Numbered from the whole stretch's first letter, positions 12,072 to 25,899 are shown. The stretch: 63,022 nt of DNA, filler included, from Basidiobolus ranarum (GCA_040143965.1; 22 parts of 22 records of this genome joined end to end with filler, not necessarily neighbours in it), one strand, 5' to 3'. The notes: a model not told the origin generated them from the sequence alone. Numbers and translations: made by a program.

Positions 12072-13880
12072 TGATAAAAGTGTTTAGGGGACTTGGAAGT
12101 GTTTTAGACATCATTTGGATTTGTTAATTAGACTCTTAAGTTTGAATGTATTGAATATGTCATATTTATAGTTTACTATGAAATAGGACTATTTGATGTG
12201 CTTAGATAATCACAAATGTGCCTGTTAATCATGGGTGAAAATTTGAGAAGATTTGGAAAAGTTTTGAGAAAATAGTGAAAATTGGTAAAAGTTATCTAAT
12301 TGATATTTCTATTAGTTACAGCAATAAACACACATTTTTCAATGCCAGAATTGAGTGCTAAATAATCAGACTATGAATAAACTACCTACTAAACAAGGAG
12401 CTGCTATTTATCCACTTTCTACTTTCCCACTCAACTTAATATTTTGTAATTCTCTAAGCCTAACTTATTTCTTAATAATTTAAAGGGCAATTTAGCTACA
12501 GACTAGGTTGAGATGTCAGCAATCAATCCTTCAGTAAGGCAATAGACTAGCTCAATTATATCATTCTCTATTGCTTGTCTAACAAAATGATGCCTAATAT
12601 CTACATGTTCTGTTCTAGCATGAAATGTAGGGCTTTTAGCTAATGAAATACCACTTTGATTATCTTCAAATTCACTAATAGCACATTTTGATGAAATATA
12701 AGTGTGTAAATAACATCCTTAAACACATAGCTTCTTGTTTAGTAGAAGAGGCAGCCATATACTCTGCTTCTGCAGTGGAAAGTGCTATGGTTGGTTGCTT
12801 TTTACTCTTCCAAGTCATGGCTCCATTGCCATAGAGATAAGTGTACCCAGTTATTGATCTTCTATCATCAAGTTTTCTTCCCCAATTTGCATCACTGTAG
12901 CCTTCAAAATTTTATGCATCAGGAGTGGCAGAGTATTCCAGGACCAAATCTACAGTTCCTCTCAAATACCTGAATATTTACTTTGCAGCAGTTTTGTGCT
13001 TAGATCCAGGATTTTTGAGATATTGACTGTGAGTTCTCATTGCCTCAGCAATGTCTGGATGTGTTCCAACCATTGTATACATTAAACTACCCACCAAGGT
13101 CTGATAAGAGAACAGCTGGCTTTGATTTGGGTCATTTTAAGCCAAATTGGATGAAATTTTGATTAACTTCACATTAAGATCCATTGGTGTTGATACAAGC
13201 TTGCTTTTCTCAATGTTGAAGCATTTTAGGATATCTAGTATGTATCTAAACTGAATCAGCATGATTTTTTGATTGGGTTTATCTCTCCTGTGTGAATTCC
13301 ACAAAAATAACTTAATATACCCATATTAGTCATCTGTAAGTGATTTGATAAGCTGCTTTCCATCTGATTAAGTGCTTCTAGATCATTTGTAGCTATGATC
13401 AAGTCATCTACATACAGTGCCAAGATAGGATTTCTACTTTCAGTTGCTTTAATATAAATGCTGCTATCTGCTGTGCATTTTTGGAGTTCCAGTATTTAAA
13501 ACAGGTATCTATCTTGTTTTACCAGGCCCTGGGTTCTTACTTGAGTCCATACAGCAATCTTTGTAGCTTACAGACCATATCAGAATGTTTTAAGTCTATC
13601 AATCCATCTGGTTGCTATGTATAGATCTCTTCTTTTAGACCACCATTCAAAAAGGCTGTTTTTACATCTATTTGATGTGGTTCAAGGTAATGGCTGCTTG
13701 AGAGTGTCAGGATTGCTCAAATGGAGCTAAACTTAGCTACTGGAGCAAAAGTTTCATTAAAAGCAACTCCTGGAGTCTGGAAATAGTCTTTTGCAACTAA
13801 TCTTGTTTTGTATCTTTCTGTGGTTCCATCAGCTTCATTTTTAACTTTGTAGACCCATTTGCAACCTACTTATTTTGCTT
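12072..13880 (-). mobile_element. Copia RT-RNase H remnant with PPT and 352-bp 3' LTR (12072-12423)
   Basis: Minus strand reads CKWVYKVK, ETFAPV, LALYVDDLII, KQPTIALSTAEAEYMA and HVDIRHHFVR; PPT GAGTGGGAA; the LTR matches 48096-48447. Confidence 0.9.
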
Positions 13881-13954
13881 GAATAGGGTTCAGAAACAGC
13901 TGGAATTTTTTCAGCCACTTGCTGAATAGTGCTGATTGTGTGTACAAACTACAA

Positions 13955-14302
13955 TCAGTACTGCAATAGCTGATGTCAACATCTAGCAGCATGATTGCAA
14001 AGTTGTCTGGACTTACCGGTTTGTCCAAAGTTGCATTTCTACCTACATCATTCTAGTCTATAACTGTGGTGACTCCACAGTATCTTGACTTTAGCAGTGT
14101 AACCAAAACTTTGAGGCAAAGCATAGCCAGTAGACTTAGTGAGCAAAACTAAAGTCTATTTTGTGCACATATTATTGTTGATATTCACTTGACTTTGTGC
14201 AGCTGGTGGCTGTGTACAGTGACCGTGCTTGTGATTATTTTTTCCATGAAGCCTCTGGCATTCATAGCACAATAATTTGTGACAATACTAGCACGGTGTC
14301 TT
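13955..14302 (-). mobile_element. CACTA-like transposase 5' fragment
   Basis: Reverse-complement homologue of 7730-8070. Confidence 0.75.
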
Positions 14303-14402
14303 NNNNNNNNNNNNNNNNNNNNNNNNNNNNNNNNNNNNNNNNNNNNTTAATTAATTAANNNNNNNNNNNNNNNNNNNNNNNNNNNNNNNNNNNNNNNNNN
14401 NN

Positions 14403-16155
14403 ATTAAGCCCTGATAGGGATCATCTATATGTGTCTGCCCTGTCAGCAACCACTAAAGAAGACTCAGAAGTATGATATATTGCTTAAGGAGCTTCCTGGT
14501 ATATGTCAAACAAGAAAGATTGATTTTCCATCTTAAAACCCATCCAAACAAAGAAAGTCTAGTGGGGTTATGACTATGCACTAGATGCAGTTAGTAAGGG
14601 GACAGTTGTGCTCAATTTAGATCAAGATTCTGCAACACCATCTGCAAAATTGGATGATGTACTCTATGTACCAAAAATAGCCAAAATTCTGCTCTCAATA
14701 GGCCAAACAACAACTCAAGGACTAACTTTTGCATTCAGCAATGTTTGATGCACTATTGTGAATCGGATTAATATAAAATTTGCTACCAGAATTAAAGCTC
14801 TAAACTAATACAAGCTACAAATCAAGAAATTCCATTCTGAGCATGCAAACTTGGCTGAAACCAGTGAGATGAGCTGTCAAATATGGCATAGAAAATTAGG
14901 CCACATCGGGGAACAAAACTGGCCCATATGATCCAAAATCAGCTTGTTTCAGGGCCCGAAATTGAAAACATTACCAAATTGAATCAGTGTGAAGGTTGCA
15001 TATATAGAAAACATAACAAACAGCTGTTTAAAGCTCTGCAAAGATCTAATCCACTCTGAATTTTGCCTTGATTTATTCTGACCTATGTGGGCCTGTGGAA
15101 AGCATCTGACCAGGTGGCAAAAGGTGCTTCATAACCTGTTTTGATGACAAGACAAGATATACCTGGGTATTTTCCCAAGCAACGCTAGATTGAAATTCAG
15201 CATAAAAAATAAGAATACTAAGCAGTGATAATGGTGTAATGTGCTTCTCCAAAGACTTTGCTAGTGTTAATTGTGAACATGCAATTAGGCAACAAACTAC
15301 TGTACCTTACTCCACTGCAAAAGGGAGATGTAAAATGTGCTAATAGGACCATAGTGGAGATGGCAAGATTAATGCAACATGATCAAAAGTTAGAATACCA
15401 ATATAGAGCTGAATCTGTCTTCACAGAAATCTGTTTCTAACATAAATGTCCAACAAGATTCCTACAAAATATAGTACATTGGAAGCCCTGAATGGTTCAA
15501 AACCAAGTGTGAAGCTTCTCAGGATCTTTGGTTGCATCCCATGTGGCCTAATTCCTGCTCAACAATGCCCTCAATTGGAACTTTAGAGCAGAAAATGCTT
15601 ATTTCTTGGTTACAGTGATGGATCAAATGTCTACAGACTGTTTGATACTACAAATTAGAGGTTAATTAAGTGCAGAAATGTGATTTTTTGATGAAAATGC
15701 AAATTTTTTACCTCAGATCACAAATCTGGATCCAGAAGACACAATCAGCACTATTCAGAAAGTGTCTGAAAAAATTCCAGCTATAGATAAACCCAATTTA
15801 ACCATAATTCCAGCTCCAATTTCCATGGAGGATAATTTAGAACCTACAAGATGATACAGAAGGAGGAATAAGCCGGGGAACTGGTGGAATGCTTCAAATC
15901 ATGATGTCTATGCTTATGCAGCCACAGACTATAAATTGTTTCTTCACCTCAGGATAATAAAATGTGGGTTTTAAGTCCTCAATCATCCGGAAGAAAGGCA
16001 ATACATTGCCTGTGGGTTCACAAAGTTTAAAGCTGAGCTGATAGAACCATTGAATGGTGCAAAGTAAGACTAGTTGCAAAAGATTATTCCCAGACTCCAG
16101 GAGTTTATTGTAATAAAACCTTTCCTCCAGTAACAGACTTTAGCTCCATTAGAGC
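14403..16155 (+). mobile_element. Copia pol remnant (protease, GAG-pre-integrase, integrase, RT start)
   Basis: VLYVPKIAK, WHRKLGH, CEGCI, SDLCGP, ANRTIVEMAR, LRIFGC and KTFPPV motifs, with many stops and frameshifts. Confidence 0.88.
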
Positions 16156-16159
16156 TCAC

Positions 16160-16945
16160 TGAGTATTATCACACTACAAGCTGGTATAAAAATATTGAAA
16201 GTGCACAAAGAATATTATCAAAAGTTTGAAGGGAAAAACACAATTCAAGAATCCATAAAGTGGCTTCAATAGAAAAACATTCAACTTGACATTCAGTCCC
16301 ATGTAACCCTTTAGATCTATGAAAAGAATATAATACAAAGAGACATATGCTCCAGAGAATCTGCCAGAGATGTGGAAATATATAGATTTAGCCATGTTTT
16401 TACAGTGGTGAGCTTCAATGCAGATATTAATAAAAACTTGTGTTGAATATGAGCCAAACCTTAGGTATGAAGAACTCTGTAAAAGTATACAGAAGAATGT
16501 TTTAATGAATGTAGCGATCTTGGCCTTGTTCCATTGTGCCAGGATTTATTGGACCTTGGATCAATATTTTAGAGTAAATGTGATTGAATTTGATCATGCC
16601 AGAGGGTGATGGATAGTGCCAAACTGTGCCAATAAATTTTAGAATACTTTATCCAATAAGATATATACTGCACAATCTGGCACTATTACAGAGAACAAGT
16701 CCTTTGAAAGCAACAGATTAGTGTTCAAATTATGAATGTGTTTAATTTTAGTCATGCTCTTCACACATGTATTGATCTATTATTTCCTCACAAATCAGCC
16801 AATAATGTGCAACTGTTTTGCAAGAGCCTCAAGTTTCACTCCAAATATTCAGAAAATTAAATAGAAGGAAATTTGACTACTTTATGACGGTAAGCCAAAA
16901 GTCAATCCAAAATGGATCAAAATTATGACAGCTTTCTTACAACTT
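16160..16945 (+). mobile_element. CACTA-like element: 3' part of ORF1 and left subterminal region
   Basis: 16400-16495 is the reverse complement of 5780-5875; 16760-16940 is the reverse complement of 28485-28670. Confidence 0.7.
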
Positions 16946-17178
16946 TTTGAGCTGGAATTAGGAAATATGCTGTGCAACCAAAGATCCTGAGAGGATCCAC
17001 ACTTGGTTTTGATCCATATAGGGCTTCAAATGGAATAAAATATTGTAGCAATCTTGTTGGGCATCCATTTTTGATATAGACTGCAGTGGAGACAGATTCA
17101 GCCCAATATTGGTAATCTAACTTTTGATCATGTAACATTGATCTTGCCATCTCCACTATGGTTCTATTAGCACGTTCT
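16946..17178 (-). mobile_element. Copia integrase fragment
   Basis: MEMARSMLHDQKLDYQYWAESVSTAVYIKNGCPT..LRIFGCTAY. Confidence 0.85.
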
Positions 17179-17278
17179 NNNNNNNNNNNNNNNNNNNNNN
17201 NNNNNNNNNNNNNNNNNNNNNNTTAATTAATTAANNNNNNNNNNNNNNNNNNNNNNNNNNNNNNNNNNNNNNNNNNNN

Positions 17279-20053
17279 TTTGGAAATCAAGTGATTCCAA
17301 GTATGTGTCAATCTAAGTGTACCAGGCCCTGGGTGATTGTTTAAGTCCATAGAGTGATTTTTGTAGATTACAAATAACCGCAGGGTGCTCAGGATTCACA
17401 AAACCCTCTGGTTGATCCAGTAATATAGCATTTTTCCAGTCCCCATTCAAAAAAGCAGTTTTAACATTGATTTGATGGATTTTTAAGCTGTCTTTTGCTA
17501 TTATTGCTGGTATGGTTGTGATTGAGTTAAACTTTGCTACAGGAGCAAATGTTTCATTGTAGTGCACTCCTTTCATCTGAGAGTATCCTTTAGCCACTAG
17601 TCTAGCTTTTTATCTTTTTACTAATCACTCAGATTGCTGTTTAACTTTAAACTCCCATTTGCATCGAATTGATTTTTGATCATCAGGTAACTTAACCAAA
17701 GTCCAAGTTTGGTTATCTATGTGTGACTGATACTCCTCTGCCATTGCAGCACTCCAAAACTTTGTGCTAGGACTCTTTATAACCTCCTGTACTATTTTGG
17801 GCTCCTCAGAAAAGGCCAAATTAGCACTGGGCTCCTTTTGCATAGTTTGAGAATAGTAATCTGGTGGATATATCATCCAATTGGATCTCCTAATATGGGA
17901 AATTGGCACCACAAATTCTGATACCCATTTTGCAATGAAACCACCTCAAGTTTGGTTGAGGAGACTGCAGGTCAAGAATTTTCAATGGTTTTCTCATGGA
18001 TTGGGATCTGGTGAGAGAAAGAAGAATTTTCATCAATATTTGGTGGTTTTTCTTGATCCTGGATTTGTTTGATCAAAAACTCATCTTCTTCCACAAATTC
18101 CACCTCCCTTGACTTGGTTTGCCTCTTATTTTTGGTGTCATACAGTTTGTACCCTTTTGTTCCATCATAATATCCTAAAAAAAGACATTTCTGGCATTTT
18201 TGATCTAATCTTAACCTCTTCTAATCTGGAATCATTGTACATGCATTACTTCCAACAGCTCCAAGATTAACCTCATCAGGTTTACTTCCAAGCCAAGCTT
18301 CATAGGGTGTCATATCCAATAGAGACCTAGAAGCACATCTATTCCTAATACTTACTGCAGTTGCAACTAAATCAGCCCAGAACTGTTTGGTAAATCTTTA
18401 GTAAGAAGCATTGATCTGGCCTTTTCCATTATTGATCTGTTTGCATGTTCTGCTACTCCATTCTGCTGTGGGGAATATGGTACTGTAGTCTGCTGTTTTA
18501 TTCCATGTGTTGACCAGGATTTAGAGAAGAGTTTTGAAGTATATTCCCCTCCATTATCAGTACAGATAATCTTAATCTTTAGACCTGTTTCAGTCTCAAC
18601 TATTGCTTTGAATTCCTAGAGGGCATCCAAGGTTTGATCCTTACTGGCGAGAAAGTACACCCAAGTACACTTTCTTGTATCATCAATAAATATCATGCAA
18701 TACCTTTTCTGCCTAAGGATTTTGTCTGCATTGGGCGTAACCAATCTGAGTGAATCAGGCCCACCTATGGAGCAATTTTACTCATTTCACAGCCCCAAAT
18801 TGCTGTCTGTGTTGCCTACCATATGGCCAACCTTAATATAGCTCTAGATTCAGTGGAATTACAAAATATAGTTCCAACACCATCTTGTTTTTGATACATT
18901 TCTCATATTTTGAGCTCCTTGCTGATCCAATCTCCTTTGCCACATTTTCAGTCTATCTCTTCAGCTGTGGAGTATTAACTTATTAAGATATTGGCCAAGT
19001 ATAGTGAAGTTTATATAAGGCACTTAGCTGAGCTCCAGAAGCTACATAATTTCTTCTTTGATCCCTTTTTGTACAGCTATTTTGATCAAAATTAAAGCTA
19101 TATCTCTCAGATGTAGCTTAAATCACTGATAACAAATATTTTGCTATGCTAGGCACATATAGCACACTTTTCAGTCACAAATAGTTGCTTGCAGAGATGC
19201 CCTCAAGATCCATGTCAATTTCTCCCACTCCCAGAGCTTCTAGTGGCCAGTCATCTCCCACATACACCTAAGCCAAAAATCTCACATTTGCAATATGAGT
19301 AAACATACTGTCAGCCTTTTCCATCTGTATATTGAAGAAATTTCATCTGAGAGAGAGTCAATTAGCAAGACTTGTTGCTTCATAATGCTCTTCTAATATA
19401 GCCCAAGCTTGATGGGTAGTCTTGGCATATTTAATATTCACAAGTGGTGAATCCTTCAAACTTTGACAAATGATATTAAAGGCCTTCTTGTCTCTTTTCT
19501 TGTAAGCTTCCAATAAAGAAGGGTCAGAAGGTACCTTTTCATCTCCAGAGCCTACATCCCAAAGCTTCCTGTCTTCTGGCATGATATGCATCTTGTACTT
19601 ACAGAAATTGTAATTTTCTCCATCAAGCTTTCCAATATTTGAGTTAACAAAAGTGGTAGCAGTAGATTTTGCCATGCTATAAAGGTTAGAACATGTGGCT
19701 CATAACCTATTGGGAAAATATGGGCTGTTTGGAGAAACTTTTAGCAAAGTTGAGTTGTGAAAACTTTGTAAGATAATTATTTATTGTCTTGAAATAAAGC
19801 AATTATACATTTTGATGGAAATGCAAAAAGTAACACTGGGGTTGTATTGAGAACATCTGTGGGAGTAAGATGAGCTATCTTTGGGGCAATTTGGATGAGT
19901 TTGAAATTTCCAATATGGAATTGCTAATTCTCACATTATAAACATATACATAATATGTGCTTGGATTTTCAGTTATGGGATATTTGACTGAGTAATGTTC
20001 ACTAACTTATATGTGCTATATAAAATGGTTAGGTGTATAAAGATAGAGATAAC
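17279..20053 (-). mobile_element. Copia element 5' half: LTR (19708-20053), PBS, gag, internally deleted gag-protease junction, integrase, RT start
   Basis: PBS GGTTATGAGCC (19697-19707, minus); gag KLDGENYNF..WAILEEHY (19358-19675); TPYSPQQNGVAE-like integrase; RT ETFAPVAK..LYGLKQSPRAWY. Confidence 0.92.
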
Positions 20054-20153
20054 NNNNNNNNNNNNNNNNNNNNNNNNNNNNNNNNNNNNNNNNNNNNTTA
20101 ATTAATTAANNNNNNNNNNNNNNNNNNNNNNNNNNNNNNNNNNNNNNNNNNNN

Positions 20154-20925
20154 CTGGTGTACCCAGTTCCATGGTGAAATTAAGCTTTTTTGCCAGTATA
20201 TCTGACTCTGGAATTGCAGATCTTTGTAATGGTGTGAAGAATTTGGTAAGTGGGACAGTAGAGCCTAAACTCACTGGCTCCTTTGCTTTTCCCTTGGGTT
20301 TACTAACTTCCTGCTCCTTCAGTACTTCTTTAGCTGCTTTTCTTTCTTTTCCAAGTCAATAATTGCGTACATTTTTGAGATGTTTCATGAATAGGCCTAT
20401 ACTAGCCCAATTGCCATTTGCTTGCAAAAACCCAGGATAAGCCACATGAAATAAGTCAAGAACCTTCAGAGTAATGCCTGGTTTTTGGTTTTTCCACTAC
20501 TGGCTCATATTCAGGTGATTTTGGGCAAGATTGCACACAGTTTCCAAAATGTTAAGCCACTCATCATCAGAGCAAGTGACAGCAGCTCTGACATTCAGAG
20601 TCTTTTAGTTTCCTGGTTTTCTTATGAGATTTCTACTTTCATGTACCCAAGCAATTTCAGGTTGTTGTGTAGGCATAATGGATTGACACATATTCTGCTC
20701 TGCTAGATTGTCATAGTGATGTTCATATGTATGGCATGGGATTGATGGAAATCCCATATGAGAATGGATGGAGTGAGAAGCATGTTGCTGTAGCTCAAGT
20801 ACAGCATTCTGAAGGTCTTGTATCATTGTTCAGTGACTCTTTAACTGTTGACTAGTTGCCTCCAAATGCTGCATTAATTGCAATATTGTGGCATTATCAC
20901 TTGTCATGGCCTGTATAGCAACTTG
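20154..20925 (-). mobile_element. CACTA-like ORF1 fragment
   Basis: Close match to 6288-7056. Confidence 0.8.
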
Positions 20926-21585
20926 AATCTGGATGTGAGTCACCTACAAGGAGTGTGCCACCAGACAGGCATACTGGTTTAATGTGTACCCCCATGCAAC
21001 AGCAAGAAGTGCTAACTGCAGGAATTATTGAACCATCAACTGTGTTAGATGAAAACCAAATGCTAGAGAGCAGACCACTAAGACAGCAATCCATTAAAAG
21101 AATCCCCACAATACCAAAACAATGGTAGTTTGAGTGAAATAGTGAAGCTCTTATTGAGCTTTAAAAAGCCCCATTAGTTTTACACAAACCTCAAGGTACA
21201 CTGTAAGTTTTTATATGTTTGACCAAACAACAGTAGTCACAACCAGTGAAAAGAGATGAAGCTTCTACTGTGGTTGAAGAAGCAATAACCACCAAACACA
21301 CACCACATGGTAGACAACTTGCTCCAACATGTACTGCCATATGACCATGGCCATGGCCCATCCTAACAGATGAAGCTTATACTGTGGCTGGAGAATCAAT
21401 AATTGTCAAGCACAAACCTCAAAAAAGACATTTGGGGTTGATGTGTAGAACTGGGTGTCAGCAGCAATGGCTGGCTGACCCCACAAGTGAATGGTCCAGA
21501 TCTGAAGAAGATACAGTAGATACAAACAAGCTTCAAACTGGACCAGACAAGCCAACACATACCACAGGACATCAACCTCAATCAG
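20926..21585 (+). mobile_element. Probable decayed Gypsy pol fragment(s) nested between CACTA pieces
   Basis: EVLTAGIIEPST resembles a Gypsy RT start; CpG-free; otherwise too decayed to read. Confidence 0.4.
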
Positions 21586-22927
21586 AGGCTTCAAGAAGCT
21601 ATCTATAGGCATTGGTGACTTAGGTCCAGATATGATGGATGCTTTCTAAATATCATGACTATGATACCATTCAGCAGGAGGAAGAGTAAAGTTAATCAAC
21701 ATTTTTGGCTGGCTAGCCTTTCCAACAATGTAACTGTTTAGTGTGAAACCATCCAGTGTCAATGCAAATGCATGTCTATATGTGCTCTCAAAGGAACATT
21801 GACTTTTCAGACTCTGGTAGTGATGTACATCAAGTATATTGGTGATAGCATCAGCTTTATAGTGAGTACTTTGGTATTTGATTGAAGGATTACAAGTCAT
21901 ACAATTGACAAGTGTTTTCCACTTATACCAGGTCTGTGGCAAGCAACAGTTGCCAATCAACTGTGGTAAAAGTGTCAGAAAACAAATGAACACCTGGTAG
22001 CTAAGACTGGACTGAACTCTCCAATCCTCAATAATCAGAGCTGCTTCCTTTACTCTAAGTGTTATGAATGTACTAATACTTGCCAATAACAAAGAGTCTG
22101 TAACAAAACTGTCATCTTCTTCTACATCTTCTGATGTGCTACAATCAGTACTGGAATAACCAAGGTCAACATCTAGCAGCATGTCCTCAAAGGTGTTGGG
22201 ACTTACTGATTTGACCAAAGTTGTACTTCTACTTACATCATTATGGTAATGTAACCATGGTGACTTCATGGTATCTTGATTTTCAGCAGTGTTACCAGAA
22301 CTTTCAGGTAAAGCACAGCCAGTGGACTCAGTAGGGTAAACTAAAGTCAATTTTGTGCACTTATTACTGTTGCTATTCACCAGACTTTGAGCAGCTGGTG
22401 GCTTTGTACAGGGCCCATGCTTGTGATTAATATTTCTATGAAGCCTCTGGCTTTCACAGCACAAGAATTTGTGTTAATAAACACAGAGCTTCTTTAAATG
22501 TTTGTGTTGCTGCCTGAGAAGAATATTGCAAAAAAGGAACACCTTCTATGCTAGGGTGATATTTTATGTATAGCCCATCAACATCATCAGCTGCTTCTGA
22601 GACAGTGTCACTAATGAATCATCAGGGGATTTACAAGATATTTCTTGTAATGAATGACAATTTTGAACCTCTGAGTTGGTAAAAATATTTCAAGTAAATT
22701 TGTTAATTGCAACATTAACATCATCAGCTGATTCTGAGATGGTGTCACAGATGAGACATCAAGGGATTTACCTGATATTTCTTGCAATAGATGGTAACAG
22801 TGGCTTATTATAAGCTGTTTCTAAGCAATTTCATTAAACCAAGTTTACCATCTGAAAATTTCAAATCCATTCAAAAAGCATTCAACATTTGAAGCCAAGT
22901 TGGCTTCCAAGCATAAGCCTGATGGCA
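21586..22927 (-). mobile_element. CACTA-like transposase (minus, internally deleted) plus divergent intergenic region and ORF1 start
   Basis: ORF 21646-22464 includes HAFALTLDGF..LINFTLPPAEWY (tnp2-like), followed by GPKSPMPIDSFLKPLI. Confidence 0.85.
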
Positions 22928-23027
22928 NNNNNNNNNNNNNNNNNNNNNNNNNNNNNNNNNNNNNNNNNNNNTTAATTAATTAANNNNNNNNNNNNNNNNN
23001 NNNNNNNNNNNNNNNNNNNNNNNNNNN

Positions 23028-23358
23028 GATACTCATTATGGCTCCAATACAAAGCCTAAAATAACTAAATCAAGGCATGCATATTGATTCAAATTACTAC
23101 AGCAGTTAACCCAGTAATTTGCCATTCAAAAACTAGATTTTTGCAAAAATTGCTGGATATTGAATAACACATGCCAAATTTGAGGATTAATATTTCAACA
23201 TGTATGAATACCATCAAAATACTATCAAGAAACTGCCATCACACCATCAAAATCCCTGGCAGCATGCAAGCCACCATTATTGTGACAGTTCTCTGAAGGT
23301 TTTGCTATTTTGGACGGTGGATCCAATCCAAAGCATATCAATTTTATTTTTGTTAGGG
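23028..23358 (+). mobile_element. CACTA-like right end with terminus ..ATTTTTGTTAGGG
   Basis: Matches 49498-49822; homology among the four copies stops exactly at GGG. Confidence 0.8.
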
Positions 23359-25799
23359 GTGAGAAGCACCAGTTGCCAATCACCTGTGGTAAAAGTGTAA
23401 GAAAACCAATAAACACCTAGTTGCTAAGAATGGATTGAACTCTCCACTCCTCAGCATTCCCAGGTGCTTCCTTTACTGTAAGTGTTTTGGGTGCACTAAT
23501 GCTTGCCAATTACTAAGAGTCCATGAAAGAACTGTTGTTTTCTTCTCAGCTTCTGCTATACTACCATCAGTACTAAAATAATCAAGGTCAACATCTAGCT
23601 GCATGTCCTTAAAATGTGTGTACTAACTGTTTCAACCAAAGTTGCATTTCTACCTACAACATTCTGGTCATATAATTGTGGTAAATTTATGGTATCTTGA
23701 CTTTCCACAGAGTTACCCAAGCTCAGAGGTAAAGCACAGCCAGGGGACTCAGTGGGCAAAAGTAAAGTCAATTTTGTGCACTAATGACTACTGATATTCA
23801 CCAGGCTTTGTGCAGCTGGTGACTTTGTACAGTGACCATGCTTGTGATTATTTTTCCTATGAAGCCTTCAGCTTTCATAGCACAAGAATTTGTTACAATA
23901 ATAGCAGGGCTTCTTCATTTGGTTGTATTGTTGCATGAGAAGGTTATTGTAGAAAAAATGACAGCTACTATGTAAGGGTGGTATTTTAGGTTTATTCTAT
24001 CAACATTGTCAGCTGACTCTGAAACAGTATCACAGATGATTCATCAGGGGATTTTCAAGATATTTCCGGTAATGGATGGCAATTTTGTTTAATATAAGCT
24101 GCTTCTAATTGGTTTCATTATACCAAGTTACCATCATAAATTTCAATTCCATTCAAAAAGTGTTCAAAATCTAAAGCACAATTGGCTTTCAAGTAAAAGC
24201 CTGCTGGCACAAAGGAAAGAACCAGCAAGAGCAGAGGACTTAACTGATGAGTAGTCTGGCAATCCACTATCCACTTTGGAAGGCATTAATATGCTGGAAA
24301 CTAACTCAAGTAATGATGAAGAATTAATCAATTTACCAGATGTGCTCCCTTCTACCAATAGTGCAAGTGAAGAGATCACAATCCTCCAATTACATATTAA
24401 ATCAATATTTGAGCAAAGTTCAACTGAAATAACATCAAGACCTTCAACTTCCCAAATGCATACTTTGCCAACTATTGCATGCCTCTCTGTAGACAAGTTG
24501 GATAGAATTATCTCAACAAGGGAATCTCAGGTAAAACACCACAATGGTTTGTATGCAATTATAAGTAAAAGCTACAAAGTTGCTATATAGGCCATGACAA
24601 GCAATAACACCACAGTATTGCAATGATTGCAGTGTTATTGCTTGTCATGGCCTGTATAGCAACTTTGTAGTTTTACTTATGCTTGCATACAAATCATTAC
24701 AGTTTTCTGCCTGTGATTCCCTTGCTGTAGTAATTCTATCCAAATTTTCTATGAAGGGTTGTTCAATAGTGGGCAAAGTAGCCATTTTGGAAGTTGATGG
24801 TCTTGATGGTGTTTCTGTTGAACTTTGCTCAACTATTGACTTACTACATATTTTTGTGGTGTAATAATCTCTTCACTTGCACTGTCACTAGAAAGTAACA
24901 CACCTGGTAAACTGATCAATGCTTCATCATTACTTGAGTTGGTTTCCAGCATGTTAATGCCTTCCAAAGTGGATAGTGGATTGCTAGACTGCTCATCAAT
25001 TAGGTCCTCTGTTCTTGCTGGTTTTTTTCCTTTTGTGCCAGCAGGCTTTGGCTTGGAAACCAATTTTGATTTTGATATTGAACATTTTTTGAATGGTATT
25101 GAAATCTTCATATGGTAAACTTGATGTATTGAAATTGCTTAGAAACAGCTTATAATAAACCAAAATTGCCATCCATTACCAGAAATATCTTGTAAATCCC
25201 TGGATGACTCAACTGTGACACTGTCTCAGAATCAGTGGATGATATTGATGGGCTATACCTAAAATACCTCCCTTATGAAGGAGGTGTTCTTTCTTCTACA
25301 AAATCCTTCTCATGCCACAACACAAACATTTAAAGAAGCCCTGCTATTATTGTAACAAATTCCTGTGCTATGCAGGCTGGAGGCTTCATAGAAAAATAAT
25401 CACAAGCATGGTCAATGTACAAAGCCATCAGCTGCACAAAGTGAGGTGAATATCAATAGTAATAAGTGCAAAAAATTGACTTTAGTTTTGCCCACATAGT
25501 CCCCTGGCTGTGCTTTACCCCAAAGTTTTGGTAACACTGCCAAAAGTCAAGATACTGTGGAATTACCACATTTATATGACCAGAATGAGGTAGGTAGATA
25601 TGCAACTTTGGTCAAACTAGTAAGTCCAGACAACTTTGAGGACATGCTGCTAGATGTTGACCTTGGTTATTCCAGTACTGATGGTAGTATATCAGAAGTT
25701 GAAGAAGAAGACCACCATTTTGTTATGGACTCTTTGTTATTGGCAAGAATTAGTCTACTCATAACACTTACTGTAAAGCAAGCAGCTTTGATCATTGAG
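23359..25799. repeat. Two CACTA-like internal copies joined as a large imperfect inverted repeat (centre ~24620)
   Basis: ggccatgacaagcaataacac..gtgttattgcttgtcatggcc at the centre; arms ~23450-24610 and ~24630-25799 align as reverse complements. Confidence 0.85.
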
Positions 25800-25899
25800 N
25801 NNNNNNNNNNNNNNNNNNNNNNNNNNNNNNNNNNNNNNNNNNNTTAATTAATTAANNNNNNNNNNNNNNNNNNNNNNNNNNNNNNNNNNNNNNNNNNNN

